From a virus (Duplodnaviria > Heunggongvirae > Uroviricota > Caudoviricetes), in the IMG/VR virus record IMGVR_UViG_3300019755_000001: DNA of 64,000 nucleotides. One strand, given 5' to 3'. A program made the translations under genes and the position numbers. Of this stretch, positions 1-9,853 are shown in pieces (the first letter of the stretch is position 1; each line of letters opens with the position of its first letter). The notes beneath the pieces were generated by a model. The model was not told the DNA's origin, ran no database searches, and was given only the letters and a program-made list of their open reading frames with translations.

Positions 1-89
1 TAATCTACTATCAACTCATCATTGTTTCTTGCTGCTATGTTTGACAACTCCCCTGACTTAGCTTGCCTAAGTATTGTTGATAACTTCAT
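1..89 (-). CDS. 5' end of a gene that runs off the window edge (N-terminus MKLSTILRQAKSGELSNIAARNNDELIV...)
   Basis: ATG at 87-89 on the minus strand with an AAAGGA RBS about 8 nt upstream. The ORF stays open to position 1. It lies transcriptionally downstream of the terminase gene. Confidence 0.35.
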   Translation of the reverse strand, partial: MKLSTILRQAKSGELSNIAARNNDELIVD

Positions 90-184
90 TTAGCTTATCC
101 TTTGTGGACTAATTGATTAGCCACAAGGCTCAGTCCGTATTTCTCTTATTATACTGTACTGAAACTTAGCCTTAGCTTGTTGAG

Positions 185-2131
185 TTAGAATACGGTACTA
201 TTACCATATTCTTCTGGTTCTTCATAGTCGAAGTCACTGTATATTGACCTGGTGTATCCACCTTGGCTTTCTTGTAGTGGTACGCCTTCACTTGGTGTTT
301 GTGTCTGCATACTCACTTGTAGCATTGTTAGCAAATCAGGCCCGTCATCAGATCGTGTGAACTGCTCGTGTGTTGCGCCTTTTACTTGACTAACCCATTC
401 TTTCATATCTGGTGTGTGCTCCAAATGTGCAGGCAACCACAACTTTTTCTGTTGCATTATCTGTGCAGCAATCCTGAACCTCTCGTGTTTCTTAACCCCT
501 GTTGATCTACTCAGTATACCTTTTCTATCACTATTAGGGTTATTTCGATCTCTTGCAAATGTATAGAAGTCCCCACGTTTCATCATCTCTTGTTCTAGTG
601 AGTACACATGTGCGGTTTGTCCACCATCAAGCTCAACGCCAAGTTCTATGTGCTTACCACGTCTTCTCCAGTTGGATAATTCGTTCATTGTACCTGTATA
701 CTGTTCCGCCATGTTCATCTTACGTAGTGCTAAGTCCAGCATGAATATATCCCCATTATTACTAATAGCCCATGTTGCTCTACCACTGTAATCAGATTGC
801 TCACCACTTGTTGTTGTGTAGTCCGTTGTTACATACAAGTTGTACATGTGTATATTTTTGATTATGTACTGCATGTCTACGAACTGGAAACAATCATCTT
901 GGACTAGTCTATCTGCACCACTTGTTAATCGTAGCATCCTCTCCTGCATGAACTTATTTAATGTCCTGGTCTTTTTAGCATCTCTCACTAAGGCTATAAT
1001 TGACTTACTTGGATGATAGGACTCCCAAGTACTGTTTATGTCCTTAGTAGTCAGTACCTCAGATTCTGCGTCGAAGTCATTAGCTAGTGGAATAACGCAC
1101 GGAGTATAAGCCCCACTAAGCACGAGTCTAGTATTTACGTCTGTGTACGAGAAGGGGGTGAAACAGTTAAGTATCCGTCCTTTACCCCCACCCTTTAGTG
1201 CTGCAACTGAATCCGAGTGGATCACCAACTCTAGGTTTTCAGTAATTGTCTTTGAGTATGCTGCTGATTCATTAAGTATAATATCATCATTAATTATGCA
1301 GCAGATTCTTCTTTGACCGTATCTTATCCCTCTTACCCCTGTTCCTACACCCTGGTACCTAATCAGGAATGACCTATTTTTCCTTGGGCCGTTTCCTTTT
1401 CTAACGAACTCCGACTCTGTTTCTGTGAACCTCATCTCTTCAAAGTACCCCAGCAGGAACTCACTCTCTTCACACATTGCTCTGACTGCAAGGGCATTTA
1501 CTCTTGCACCCCCACGACTCGAGGCAGCTAGTACTAGGTAGAACCACACTTTACCTATGCCGTTTGGTAACTCACCTTTTATTGCACTATACACTCCAAA
1601 GAATGATATAACTACTGAAGACTTAGCAACCCCTCTACTACACATAAATGCTAGTCGTAAGTGATTTATCTCTATAGTATCACAGATTTCCTTACTGTAA
1701 GGGAACATATGCGGATCTGTTATATTGTTTAGTAGTAGATCTACCATGAAGTAGTGGGCTATAGGAGTATCAAACTCGAAGTCCCCTCCCTCTATTAATC
1801 TCATTATCGTAAAGAACTCAAACGCCTCTTGACTTGGTGTATATCCTGGAAATGCAGGGTCATAACTATCTAGTGCAAAGTCCAACTCGAACTCTTTGGT
1901 ATTTATTGCGTGCTCTAATAACTCTTTATTGAATTCTTCATCAGCATCTATGGCTTCATCTGCAATTACTTCTTCTGTGTATTCTATTTCAGCATAATCG
2001 TCTTCGAAGGTGACTGCCGAATACTCATCGACTGCAGGAGGTTGACTGACGTATTTACGTAGCTTTTTTAATACCTCTGGAGGTAGGTCAAAGCTTTCTA
2101 TTTCGGCCAATTCTTCTTTAGTCATCCTCAA
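185..2131 (-). CDS. terL: terminase large subunit (ATPase + nuclease)
   Basis: 648 aa. Walker A-like MCSRGVAKSS resembles T4 gp17 LSRQLGKT, with a Walker B-like ICCIINDD. The C-terminal nuclease region has acidic motifs (TTDYTT...GDIFMLDLA and a final DDGPDLL), typical of the Terminase_6 C-terminal domain. Confidence 0.7.
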   Translation of the reverse strand: MRMTKEELAEIESFDLPPEVLKKLRKYVSQPPAVDEYSAVTFEDDYAEIEYTEEVIADEAIDADEEFNKELLEHAINTKEFELDFALDSYDPAFPGYTPSQEAFEFFTIMRLIEGGDFEFDTPIAHYFMVDLLLNNITDPHMFPYSKEICDTIEINHLRLAFMCSRGVAKSSVVISFFGVYSAIKGELPNGIGKVWFYLVLAASSRGGARVNALAVRAMCEESEFLLGYFEEMRFTETESEFVRKGNGPRKNRSFLIRYQGVGTGVRGIRYGQRRICCIINDDIILNESAAYSKTITENLELVIHSDSVAALKGGGKGRILNCFTPFSYTDVNTRLVLSGAYTPCVIPLANDFDAESEVLTTKDINSTWESYHPSKSIIALVRDAKKTRTLNKFMQERMLRLTSGADRLVQDDCFQFVDMQYIIKNIHMYNLYVTTDYTTTSGEQSDYSGRATWAISNNGDIFMLDLALRKMNMAEQYTGTMNELSNWRRRGKHIELGVELDGGQTAHVYSLEQEMMKRGDFYTFARDRNNPNSDRKGILSRSTGVKKHERFRIAAQIMQQKKLWLPAHLEHTPDMKEWVSQVKGATHEQFTRSDDGPDLLTMLQVSMQTQTPSEGVPLQESQGGYTRSIYSDFDYEEPEEYGNSTVF

Positions 2132-2918
2132 CCTCCACAGTATGCACTATATTCAGTCTCTGTACTTCGTTTATCGACTTTCCGGCTTTGTAGTTAGTCA
2201 TTTGCATCTCTGCCATTTTAGAAATCTGCTCAGCTAGATTATTTTGTGACTCAATTGACGCATCACTCATCCCAATCTTCAGTTCCATCGTATTGTCTTC
2301 CGGCATCTTCACTGCATCGTATGCTGCTATTGTTGCGTTCAGCTGCACTGTCGGACTTACGTAATCGTCTGGTTTTGCTCCTACTCCGTTACTCAAGTTT
2401 ACCATCTTTTGTAGTAATTGGTTACGTAGTGGTGCATGTGTGATGTGTACCCCAACCATTACCAACTTCTGTACTTCTATTACTGCTTTTGTGTTTGAGT
2501 ACATACTAGCGAAGTTATCTACTGTCGCACCTCTGCCCTCAATCTCTACGGTCTTCTCTGGGAACACCACTCTGTATGCCTTTGCACTTCCACCCATTAC
2601 TTCTCGTAGTGTCACATACTTTATTGCGTTCATCAACTTCTCTACGCTGATACCAGGCCCAATCAAGTGTGCATAGCTGCATATCTGCTCTTCGAACAAC
2701 CCTTGGTCCATCCCGGTATCTTGCTCTACTCTATTGATCAGTTTCAGTATCTCGTCTGTGATTGTTACCGAACTGCCCTTTGGCATGAACGACTCTAATC
2801 TCTCACGTGTTAGTAGTTGTTTATTTGTATTCCTTGGAGCCCATTTACTGGCTAATTCCTCTTGGGTGAACTCACCTTGGATCTCGGTTGTCAGCCTATC
2901 TTCTATCTTACTTCCCAT
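2118..2918 (-). CDS. hypothetical protein; terminase small subunit suggested by position only
   Basis: 266 aa ORF immediately upstream of terL with a 14 nt overlap. No diagnostic motif was recognised. Confidence 0.3.
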   Translation of the reverse strand: MGSKIEDRLTTEIQGEFTQEELASKWAPRNTNKQLLTRERLESFMPKGSSVTITDEILKLINRVEQDTGMDQGLFEEQICSYAHLIGPGISVEKLMNAIKYVTLREVMGGSAKAYRVVFPEKTVEIEGRGATVDNFASMYSNTKAVIEVQKLVMVGVHITHAPLRNQLLQKMVNLSNGVGAKPDDYVSPTVQLNATIAAYDAVKMPEDNTMELKIGMSDASIESQNNLAEQISKMAEMQMTNYKAGKSINEVQRLNIVHTVEVEDD

Positions 2919-3099
2919 CTACAGTATTCCTCTCGATCTGTTCTTTGTACCACTTTTTTTCTCTGTCATCAGCATTCCTGCATAACGGTGTTACATTCTT
3001 TAGTTTGCAGTTCACAACACTACCAACTGTTAGTGTCATTGGTAGCCCATCAACTTCTTTGCTTGTGCTGCTCACTTGAGCTTTATAATGAATCTTCAT
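2908..3099 (-). CDS. hypothetical small protein (63 aa)
   Basis: Fills the gap between the PhoH-like gene and the 2118-2918 gene. AAAGG RBS upstream; 11 nt overlap with the downstream start. Confidence 0.3.
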   Translation of the reverse strand: MKIHYKAQVSSTSKEVDGLPMTLTVGSVVNCKLKNVTPLCRNADDREKKWYKEQIERNTVDGK

Positions 3100-3190
3100 T
3101 GAAGTGCCTTTGTTGTTTTTCTTTAGTATACTGTAGTGTTTCTTAAGGAGTGTTGAAGTAGTGTTGACTAAGGCCGAGTGACCTTAGTGT

Positions 3191-4570
3191 TTATTTGCTG
3201 AACAGCCCTTCTGCAAACAGTGCCATATCACTTCTCACAACTTTGTGTAGCGTAATTGCGAACATGTTGATGTCTGTATCTACCATTCTTCGGTTAGCTT
3301 CATCCATCAGCACAGCCAACCCATTGTTGTACTTATTCACGTATTTGTTGTCTATTTGGCGCTGACTACCAATCACTATCACCTTGCAGTTCTTACCAAC
3401 TCTTGTCAGTATTTTCTGTGTAGTTGCTGTGTTTCCATTTTGTGCCTCATCGATGATGAACACTGTATCGTGGAATGTTCTACCTCTCAACCCAGTTGAT
3501 ATCATCGACTCCATACCGCAATCTGCTACTAATTTGTCACGTTTCTCCTCAACCATTTGGTCAATCTCAATCTTCTTCTTGCCTTTTGGGTTAATCTCAC
3601 TTCTTACGATGAAGTCTAGTGTATCTTCCATTGGGCCGAGGTATACGCTCATCTTCTCATCATTTCCTGCTAAGTAGCCAATGTCCTCACCGCTTTCTTC
3701 ATCATTGATTGGGGATCTGATGTACACTATCGAGCTATACTTGTCTCTGTTAGTCTCAACCAACCTAATTGCGTTGCTCAGTGCTACCACATTTTTACCT
3801 GATCCAGCAAGTCCTTCTATTAGTACCAAGTCCATTGTTGGGTCTTGTATTGCTTTACTTGCAAGTAACTGCTCCGAATTGATTGGTCCACATCTTTGCT
3901 TACGCAAGTCTTTCTCTGTGGTATCACCAAGCACACTAACGAACCCATTTGTTACTGTTGCTAACTTCATCTGGTTTGTATTTGGGTTTGTGAATTTATA
4001 GCTATAGTTACCAATTTGGTAGTCTGGGTCAATCCCAAGCACGTCACTGTTGTGTAGTGTTCTGAATTGCTCATCATCTTCTACTGCCAACTCTTTCACG
4101 AACTCAATTGGCACATCCTCAACTGCTTTCAGGCTAGTCACTTCCACCCCTTTTGCTATTGCCTGGAACTTCATATGCAAGTCGTTTGTCATTAGTGGAC
4201 AACCCAACTTCTGTGCAACTTCAATTATTCGCCTGTCATTACCACCGTAATCTGCAGCATCTGCTTCGTACGAATTTAGTGCAACTATCCCCAACATGTA
4301 CTTACTTTGTACAAGCAGTTCAGTTATTGTACCATACTTCGGGTGTCTTGTTACTACGATTTCAGCACTCTCTAGTATTCTAGCTGCAGCTCTTGCCTGG
4401 AAGTTGATTTCCTCGAACCCACCTTTGTGTTTGTCTGTCTCGGATAATACAGTCTCACATAGAATTACCAGTGTGTCTTCTACCAGCATATCTTGTGCGT
4501 TATTTAGCAGGATATTTGTATCCATCACAATTGTTTTCATGTTACTTACCTGCCTTTTTCTTGTTCTCAT
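3191..4570 (-). CDS. phoH: PhoH-like ATPase with N-terminal PIN domain (PhoH2/YlaK-type)
   Basis: 459 aa. The N-terminus (MKTIVMDTNILLNN...) is PIN-like. Walker A LIEGLAGSGKNV and Walker B VFIIDEAQN are in the PhoH arrangement. Confidence 0.8.
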   Translation of the reverse strand: MRTRKRQVSNMKTIVMDTNILLNNAQDMLVEDTLVILCETVLSETDKHKGGFEEINFQARAAARILESAEIVVTRHPKYGTITELLVQSKYMLGIVALNSYEADAADYGGNDRRIIEVAQKLGCPLMTNDLHMKFQAIAKGVEVTSLKAVEDVPIEFVKELAVEDDEQFRTLHNSDVLGIDPDYQIGNYSYKFTNPNTNQMKLATVTNGFVSVLGDTTEKDLRKQRCGPINSEQLLASKAIQDPTMDLVLIEGLAGSGKNVVALSNAIRLVETNRDKYSSIVYIRSPINDEESGEDIGYLAGNDEKMSVYLGPMEDTLDFIVRSEINPKGKKKIEIDQMVEEKRDKLVADCGMESMISTGLRGRTFHDTVFIIDEAQNGNTATTQKILTRVGKNCKVIVIGSQRQIDNKYVNKYNNGLAVLMDEANRRMVDTDINMFAITLHKVVRSDMALFAEGLFSK

Positions 4571-5693
4571 TGCCTAGTTCAGCTTCCCATCGTTCGGCTT
4601 TCTCCGTGTCTGTTAATCCGTCTAACCCTAGTATATCTCTAGTAAATAATTCCGTATTTCCTGTGCTCATTACTTTATCCCCCTTGTACTTGTGTCTAGT
4701 GTACTTTTTTAATATGTGTTGCTCCACCTTGTAAGCGGAAGCGCCATTATCGTATTCTGTTGTATAGATTAGTCTTATCTGGTCTCTATCGAACTGAGTC
4801 CTATATCTCTGCTCTATGCTTTGTGAGGTCAGCCCTATTTTGTAGAGGTCTGTTCCTATTACGTTGAAGTAGTAAACCATACACTTTTTATGGATGTCTC
4901 CTTTACCTCCTCCATAGCTTACACAGTGTTTGCAGCCATAGCCACTTAAGTGCCCTGATGCCAGTTGTTCAAAATCTCCGTGTTCAGGGCATGTTATTGT
5001 AATCTTGTCTCTAGCAGCTGTATACGTAGTCTTATCGTAGGTATACTTATCTCCGTGAACTTTCTTTGCTTTCTGGATAAATTCCTCTTGTGAGCACTCT
5101 TTACTCTTGGCACTAGAGACTACCCCACACTTAGGACACCCTGTACCATTTAAGTGGTTTGTAGGGGATTGACTAAATCTACCATGTTCAGGGCATATAA
5201 TCGTCACAGGAGTAGTTGATAACGTATACTCGACTTCAGCGTAGTCGAACTTGTTTGCGTGTAGTATGTTTGCAGACTCTATGAAACTTACAGTAGTATG
5301 TGTATTATTGCCGCACTTTGTACAACCTTTACCAGCTAGGTGTTGGTCGCAGCGTTGCTCAAACTCTCCATGTACGGAACAGATAATTTTTACTTTATTC
5401 CTAGAGGTCGCATTAATTACTTTGCTGTAATCATATACGTCTCTATGTACTTTACGGGCCCGCTCTATGAAATTCTCGTCAGTCATTTTAATTCTGACTC
5501 CGGCACACACAGGACACCCTTGTCCTCTGCCATAGTGCTTCGAGGGAGACTGCCAGAAGCCTCCGTGCTCAGGACACACTATTTCAATCTTTGTTTTTGC
5601 GTCTATGTATTTCACCTTACTATAATCATACTTATAATTATGCTTATTGTTAGCTCTTTGGATAACTTCTTCAACTGTTAGTGACTTCGCCAT
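4542..5693 (-). CDS. homing-endonuclease-like protein: four N-terminal Cys/His repeats plus a C-terminal T5orf172/GIY-YIG-like domain
   Basis: 383 aa. Four ~48-aa repeats of the form (V/K)H.DxYDYSKV...I.CP.HG.F.Q.P..HL.G.GCP.C. The C-terminus (VYYFN...YKIGLTSQSIEQRY...STGNTELF) matches the T5orf172-type GIY-YIG-like fold. Confidence 0.6.
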   Translation of the reverse strand: MAKSLTVEEVIQRANNKHNYKYDYSKVKYIDAKTKIEIVCPEHGGFWQSPSKHYGRGQGCPVCAGVRIKMTDENFIERARKVHRDVYDYSKVINATSRNKVKIICSVHGEFEQRCDQHLAGKGCTKCGNNTHTTVSFIESANILHANKFDYAEVEYTLSTTPVTIICPEHGRFSQSPTNHLNGTGCPKCGVVSSAKSKECSQEEFIQKAKKVHGDKYTYDKTTYTAARDKITITCPEHGDFEQLASGHLSGYGCKHCVSYGGGKGDIHKKCMVYYFNVIGTDLYKIGLTSQSIEQRYRTQFDRDQIRLIYTTEYDNGASAYKVEQHILKKYTRHKYKGDKVMSTGNTELFTRDILGLDGLTDTEKAERWEAELGNENKKKAGK

Positions 5694-5718
5694 AGTTTGT
5701 ACCTCATTCTTTTTATGT

Positions 5719-6318
5719 TTAATTATATCCTTTTCCGTCTGTATTATAACTTAATTTACGTTTCCTTTTCCATCTGTCTAGTACCTCATCCTTATCTAGC
5801 CACAGATCTTTACCCTCAAGTACTCTATTAATTTCCTTATTACTCAGAAATCCTTTGTATAAGTCATTGAATACACCGGCTAGCAGTTTATCACTAAACT
5901 CCATGTATGCTTTAGTTTCGTGGTGCTTGCCTTGTGTACCTCCAGATGAGCTGTGTATCATAAAACTTGTCCAGTCCCCTATTTCTATCTCATCACAACA
6001 CATCGTAATCATAGTTGCTGCACTAGCTACTGTACCGTCTAGTACTGCTATTACTTTTGCGTTGGATTTCTGTATTGCCGAACGTATACTCAGCATACTA
6101 TCCATATAGCCGCCACCGTTATTCATTATTAATTTTACTGTTTTTGCTTTTGTGTGTTCTAATGTGTGTATTAGTTCGCAGTAATTACCAACTGAGTATA
6201 CCTCTTCTGGTAGGTACGCATATACTGTATCTTTATCCGCTATTATCGGTACTGCTTTTTCCCATTCGCTAGTTGCTCCTGGTGCTTTATCTTCGTTGAA
6301 TGTTAGTTCTAATTCCAT
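5719..6318 (-). CDS. ClpP-like serine peptidase (S14 family)
   Basis: 199 aa. IMNNGGGYMDS...GTVASAATMI...MIHSSSGGTQG aligns with the ClpP core (NSPGG...GQAASMG...MIHQPLGG), including the catalytic Ser and His context. Confidence 0.7.
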   Translation of the reverse strand: MELELTFNEDKAPGATSEWEKAVPIIADKDTVYAYLPEEVYSVGNYCELIHTLEHTKAKTVKLIMNNGGGYMDSMLSIRSAIQKSNAKVIAVLDGTVASAATMITMCCDEIEIGDWTSFMIHSSSGGTQGKHHETKAYMEFSDKLLAGVFNDLYKGFLSNKEINRVLEGKDLWLDKDEVLDRWKRKRKLSYNTDGKGYN

Positions 6319-6393
6319 ATTGGCCCTTTATTGTAGTTTCAGGCAGTCTATCTTAACTACCTGACTACATTATAGGTCACATTGGCTTGTGTT

Positions 6394-7227
6394 TTACTGA
6401 AGTTGACTGTTTTGTTGGATTGTGTAGTCCATTAGTAACTTCTGTGTTGGTCTATCCGTATGTAGTGTCAGTACTCCGTCCATCTTACCAGTCTTGTTGA
6501 TGTAGTGCCGCAGGTGACTTGGTGTTATGTCCTGTAGTTCGTGTTTCTTCAGCATTATCTCTAGTATTGGTGTTGCTAGGTGTATGTTCTCGTACGCATG
6601 TTGGTCTTGTTTATTTGCTTCAGCTGTTGCTTGTTTCTCTAGCACTATTTGCTCTTTTCTACTTTCTACTAGCAAGTCTGTGTGTTCTCTTGTTATTTGG
6701 TCTATATCTTCCTTCTCCAGCCATTCTATTACTTCAGTAGGGTTATCGTCCCAATGTGCCTGCAATTGAGCCACAGCATCACTTCCTAGTTGATTTGGTA
6801 GTATCTCGTATGGGTTAGTCATTAGCTTGTATTTACCAATCTTCACAACCATGCCTGATTCGATTAACCACTTTAGTACTTTACTTGCTACGGGAGCCGA
6901 GCACCCTAACCATTCTGCTATTGATTTGTTTAGTGGTTTGCCCTTACTATCGTACGCGATATTACCAGTCTTTCCACCTCTTGTCTCAGCTATTAGTTTT
7001 CCTAGTGCTGTACTCTTGTGTGTATCTCCTGCTACGTTTAGCATCATTGTCATTACTGCTGGTCCTAGTCTTTTCATGTTACCTGTCTTTGCTCTATTCT
7101 GTCTTACCAGTGTAGTTGTGGTCTCTGTGTATCTTACCACAGTCCCATTCTTGTTGTTTTGTGTATGTCCTACTTGCTCTTGACGTAGTACGTCACCGTG
7201 TATTGTTGCATTTGTATTAACTTGCAT
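6394..7227 (-). CDS. hypothetical protein with a probable winged-HTH segment
   Basis: 277 aa. The segment IAEWLGCSAPVASKVLKWLIESGMVVKIGKYKL looks like an HTH/wing. Confidence 0.45.
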   Translation of the reverse strand: MQVNTNATIHGDVLRQEQVGHTQNNKNGTVVRYTETTTTLVRQNRAKTGNMKRLGPAVMTMMLNVAGDTHKSTALGKLIAETRGGKTGNIAYDSKGKPLNKSIAEWLGCSAPVASKVLKWLIESGMVVKIGKYKLMTNPYEILPNQLGSDAVAQLQAHWDDNPTEVIEWLEKEDIDQITREHTDLLVESRKEQIVLEKQATAEANKQDQHAYENIHLATPILEIMLKKHELQDITPSHLRHYINKTGKMDGVLTLHTDRPTQKLLMDYTIQQNSQLQ

Positions 7228-7577
7228 AGTCTCTTTCGGAATAATTTAGTTGAGTTTGAGTGTCAGTTGCGTCCTAATTCATCTGCACTCTTCAATGAAG
7301 ATCTCTGACGAACACCCGACCATTTTATTTTGGTGGATATTCCAGATGAACTAGGACGCTCGTCAGGAATCTTTCTATGTTGTTAGTATACACCAACCCA
7401 CATTAATGGAAGCTTAACTGGTTGGTATTTTGTTTCTTGTGTAGGCAATTTACCTGATCTATTTATTATGTTTATTTCCTGTCTAGGAAATTATCAACTA
7501 GCCCGAATCCCAGTGGCCATCGGCTTAGTTGGCCTTTTTGTCTCCACAACTCTAATATTACTATATTATTAATAGGT

Positions 7578-7973
7578 TTACAACAAGTTCTCGATCCATT
7601 GTTCGTATCGGTATATGCAATCACAACCAAGCACATTATTGAATTTTGGTGTGTATTTGTATCGCTCTAGTACGATTTGTAGCGCCTCAATCTTCTTCTC
7701 CCAGCCGTATGTCGGGTCTCCACATTCACCAAGCTGCACTACCAATCCAGTTTCAACCCATTCGGTATTCAGTGCTTCGTATGTGTCGATCTGACTATCA
7801 ACTGCTAGTATCAGCATCGTGCCTGTGAACTTACCATCCTTGTGGAGTGTGTATGTTGCCATACTCTTTTGTGTCGGCTCTACATTCCACTTTGGCTTGT
7901 CTGGTGTTATGTCCTGTTTGTTGAAATCTGTGACTTCATTTTCCGTCCAGAAGGAATTACCCAGTCTATCCAC
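7578..7973 (-). CDS. hypothetical protein
   Basis: 131 aa ORF within the minus-strand block. No recognised motif. Confidence 0.45.
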   Translation of the reverse strand: MDRLGNSFWTENEVTDFNKQDITPDKPKWNVEPTQKSMATYTLHKDGKFTGTMLILAVDSQIDTYEALNTEWVETGLVVQLGECGDPTYGWEKKIEALQIVLERYKYTPKFNNVLGCDCIYRYEQWIENLL

Positions 7974-8087
7974 GTAATTTACCTAACAACCATTCTACCA
8001 ATCCTGGTGTTGTTGGTTTTATTTGCGACTTATCTGCTTTTACTTTACTTTTCTTACGTCGGTACATTGTCTGTTGTTTTGATTTTC

Positions 8088-8234
8088 TCATAGCCCTTCT
8101 CTTACTTCCAGTATCATCTGCACACACTCACGCAGTTCGTCTGCTTCGTCTGTTACCAAGTCAATACCTCTTTCATTCAACTTGTTATCTACCAAGTCCA
8201 CTACTTCGTCTACTATCTCTTCTATTTCTATCAT
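8088..8234 (-). CDS. hypothetical small acidic protein (48 aa)
   Basis: Not in the supplied ORF track (<60 aa). ATG at 8232-8234 (minus) with an AAAGGAA RBS 7 nt upstream. Fills the gap between two genes. Confidence 0.35.
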   Translation of the reverse strand: MIEIEEIVDEVVDLVDNKLNERGIDLVTDEADELRECVQMILEVREGL

Positions 8235-8260
8235 GTTATTCCTTTGTTAATATCAGTATA

Positions 8261-9292
8261 TCACATCTCTATTAACGTTGGCTGAACTGTCACATAGTCT
8301 TTAGCCGCTGTCTGTTGGTTAGGATGGAAGCTGTAGTCAGTACTTGAGCTTTTACTCAAGTTGCATGAAGCACAACTCCAAACTACATTGTTTATTGTGT
8401 GTAAGCCTCCTTTACTGATAGGAAATACGTGATCTAAGTGTATATACTTGGGCTTTAAGTAAGTCAATACATTATCACAGTACTTACAGCGGTGCCTTTG
8501 ATCCTCCATTAATGCTTTCAATGCCGGACCTGTTACTGTTCCGTCACTGACTTCTTTTTTCTTACTTGTGTACTTTGCTCTAGCTTCTTTAGCAATTGCC
8601 TGGCCTTTAGCAGACTCTCTGTAACGTTTACAAGTAGCTTTAGCTTTCTCAATGTGTCTCAATCTAGACTCTCTCTTAGCTTGTTTGACTTTAGCGGAGT
8701 TTGCCTTATTATACTCTTGTCTAGCTAGTCGTTGTCGTTCTACCTCTTCCGCCGATCGGTTACTCCTCCGTTCCCTCTCCGACTTTCTATAAGCTTCAAT
8801 GTCTTTATTTCTCCACGCTTTATTTTTTGCGGCTAGTCGTTCTTTATTATTCTCTCTATATTTCTTATCTGATAACCTCTTAACTTCTTTTCGTTGTTGT
8901 TTCTTTGTTGCCTCATTTTTCAACCTTTTATTAAGTTTACCTATTAATAAAAGTGCAGGCGGCTTCTTAAACTTGCAGTAGGTGTGCACAGCATTTAGTA
9001 TACCAAGTCCTAACCTTCTCTGGTATTCGACATAGAGCTTTGCAGTAGGTTTGATTTTCTTCTCTAGCGCACATAAGGGACAACCTAGCTTTCCATTTAG
9101 ATGCTTGTCCATACTAGTTTCCCAATCAGGGTGTCTACCTGTATTACATCGAAGTGTACTAGAGTCTTTAACCCCCTTAAATGTAAATAGAGAGTAGTCG
9201 TATTTATCTCCGTGGATTTGAGCTATCCTGCTAGGCAGTTTATTGTATGTCTTTATAGATACTTTGTTCGTTACAGTTGAGTGTAATTTCAT
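8261..9292 (-). CDS. HNH homing endonuclease with one N-terminal Cys/His repeat module and a Lys/Arg-rich linker
   Basis: 343 aa. The C-terminal HLDHVFPISKGGLHTINNVVWSCASCNLSK is a classic HNH motif. The N-terminal IHGDKYDYS...GKLGCPLC matches the repeat unit of the 4542-5693 and 32916-34061 proteins. Confidence 0.8.
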   Translation of the reverse strand: MKLHSTVTNKVSIKTYNKLPSRIAQIHGDKYDYSLFTFKGVKDSSTLRCNTGRHPDWETSMDKHLNGKLGCPLCALEKKIKPTAKLYVEYQRRLGLGILNAVHTYCKFKKPPALLLIGKLNKRLKNEATKKQQRKEVKRLSDKKYRENNKERLAAKNKAWRNKDIEAYRKSERERRSNRSAEEVERQRLARQEYNKANSAKVKQAKRESRLRHIEKAKATCKRYRESAKGQAIAKEARAKYTSKKKEVSDGTVTGPALKALMEDQRHRCKYCDNVLTYLKPKYIHLDHVFPISKGGLHTINNVVWSCASCNLSKSSSTDYSFHPNQQTAAKDYVTVQPTLIEM

Positions 9293-9445
9293 TATTATGT
9301 TTCTTTCGCCATAGGTTAATTTTTAAGTTTGATAGTGTTCAGAAGAGTTGGCGGACTTCTTATCAAGTACTTACTAAAGAGGTGAGTCCGCCAAGATTGA
9401 CCTCTTTATTAAAAACTTTGTACCTTAATTATACAAAGTATTGGC

Positions 9446-9853
9446 TTACATACAGATTAATTCAGGTGGTTTCACTGCTGGGTAAGCTTTATTTACACAA
9501 TTCGTGAACTCTTTTAGTAAGTCAACTTCACCCATACGCCTAAACTCTGAGTAGCCGTGCAACCTCTCATCCGGGACAAATGTGTATTTTGCTGTTCTGT
9601 CAAGTAGTTCCTTCTCCACTGCATAATTCTCACGGACTTGTTTACTACCAACCACTCGCATTCTCGGTATCTCCCCAAACAGCTCTAGGCATTGAGTCGC
9701 AATCTCAATCGCTCGTGTATTTGGGTTTCTATTAGTAGTGCCAATTTTTAATAGGACTTCCCCTTTTAACCAAATCTTGATCACGTACACCCAACCATTT
9801 TGCTTTGGTCCTTGTTTCTTCTTACGCTTAGCAGCCATCGTACCCTTCCCCAA
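9446..9853 (-). CDS. T5orf172/GIY-YIG-like domain protein (stand-alone)
   Basis: 135 aa. GWVYVIK...LLKIGTTNRNPNTR...GYSEFRR fits the T5orf172 pattern (VYVl...yKIGiT...R...G.TEwF). N-terminus is Lys-rich. Confidence 0.55.
   Translation of the reverse strand: MGKGTMAAKRKKKQGPKQNGWVYVIKIWLKGEVLLKIGTTNRNPNTRAIEIATQCLELFGEIPRMRVVGSKQVRENYAVEKELLDRTAKYTFVPDERLHGYSEFRRMGEVDLLKEFTNCVNKAYPAVKPPELICM

Noticed and set aside
553-744. Plus-strand ORFs (553-744, 2246-2443, 2440-2676, 2734-3146, 3384-4734 series) inside the minus-strand terminase/PhoH block
   Set aside because: They lie entirely antisense to long motif-bearing genes. They are low-complexity (Ser/Leu-rich) and have no RBS.
7515-7539. Plus-strand terminator-like hairpin GGCCA-N10-TGGCC plus T5 in the minus-strand block
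   Set aside because: Its orientation does not match the surrounding minus-strand transcription. It may terminate antisense or read-in transcripts.
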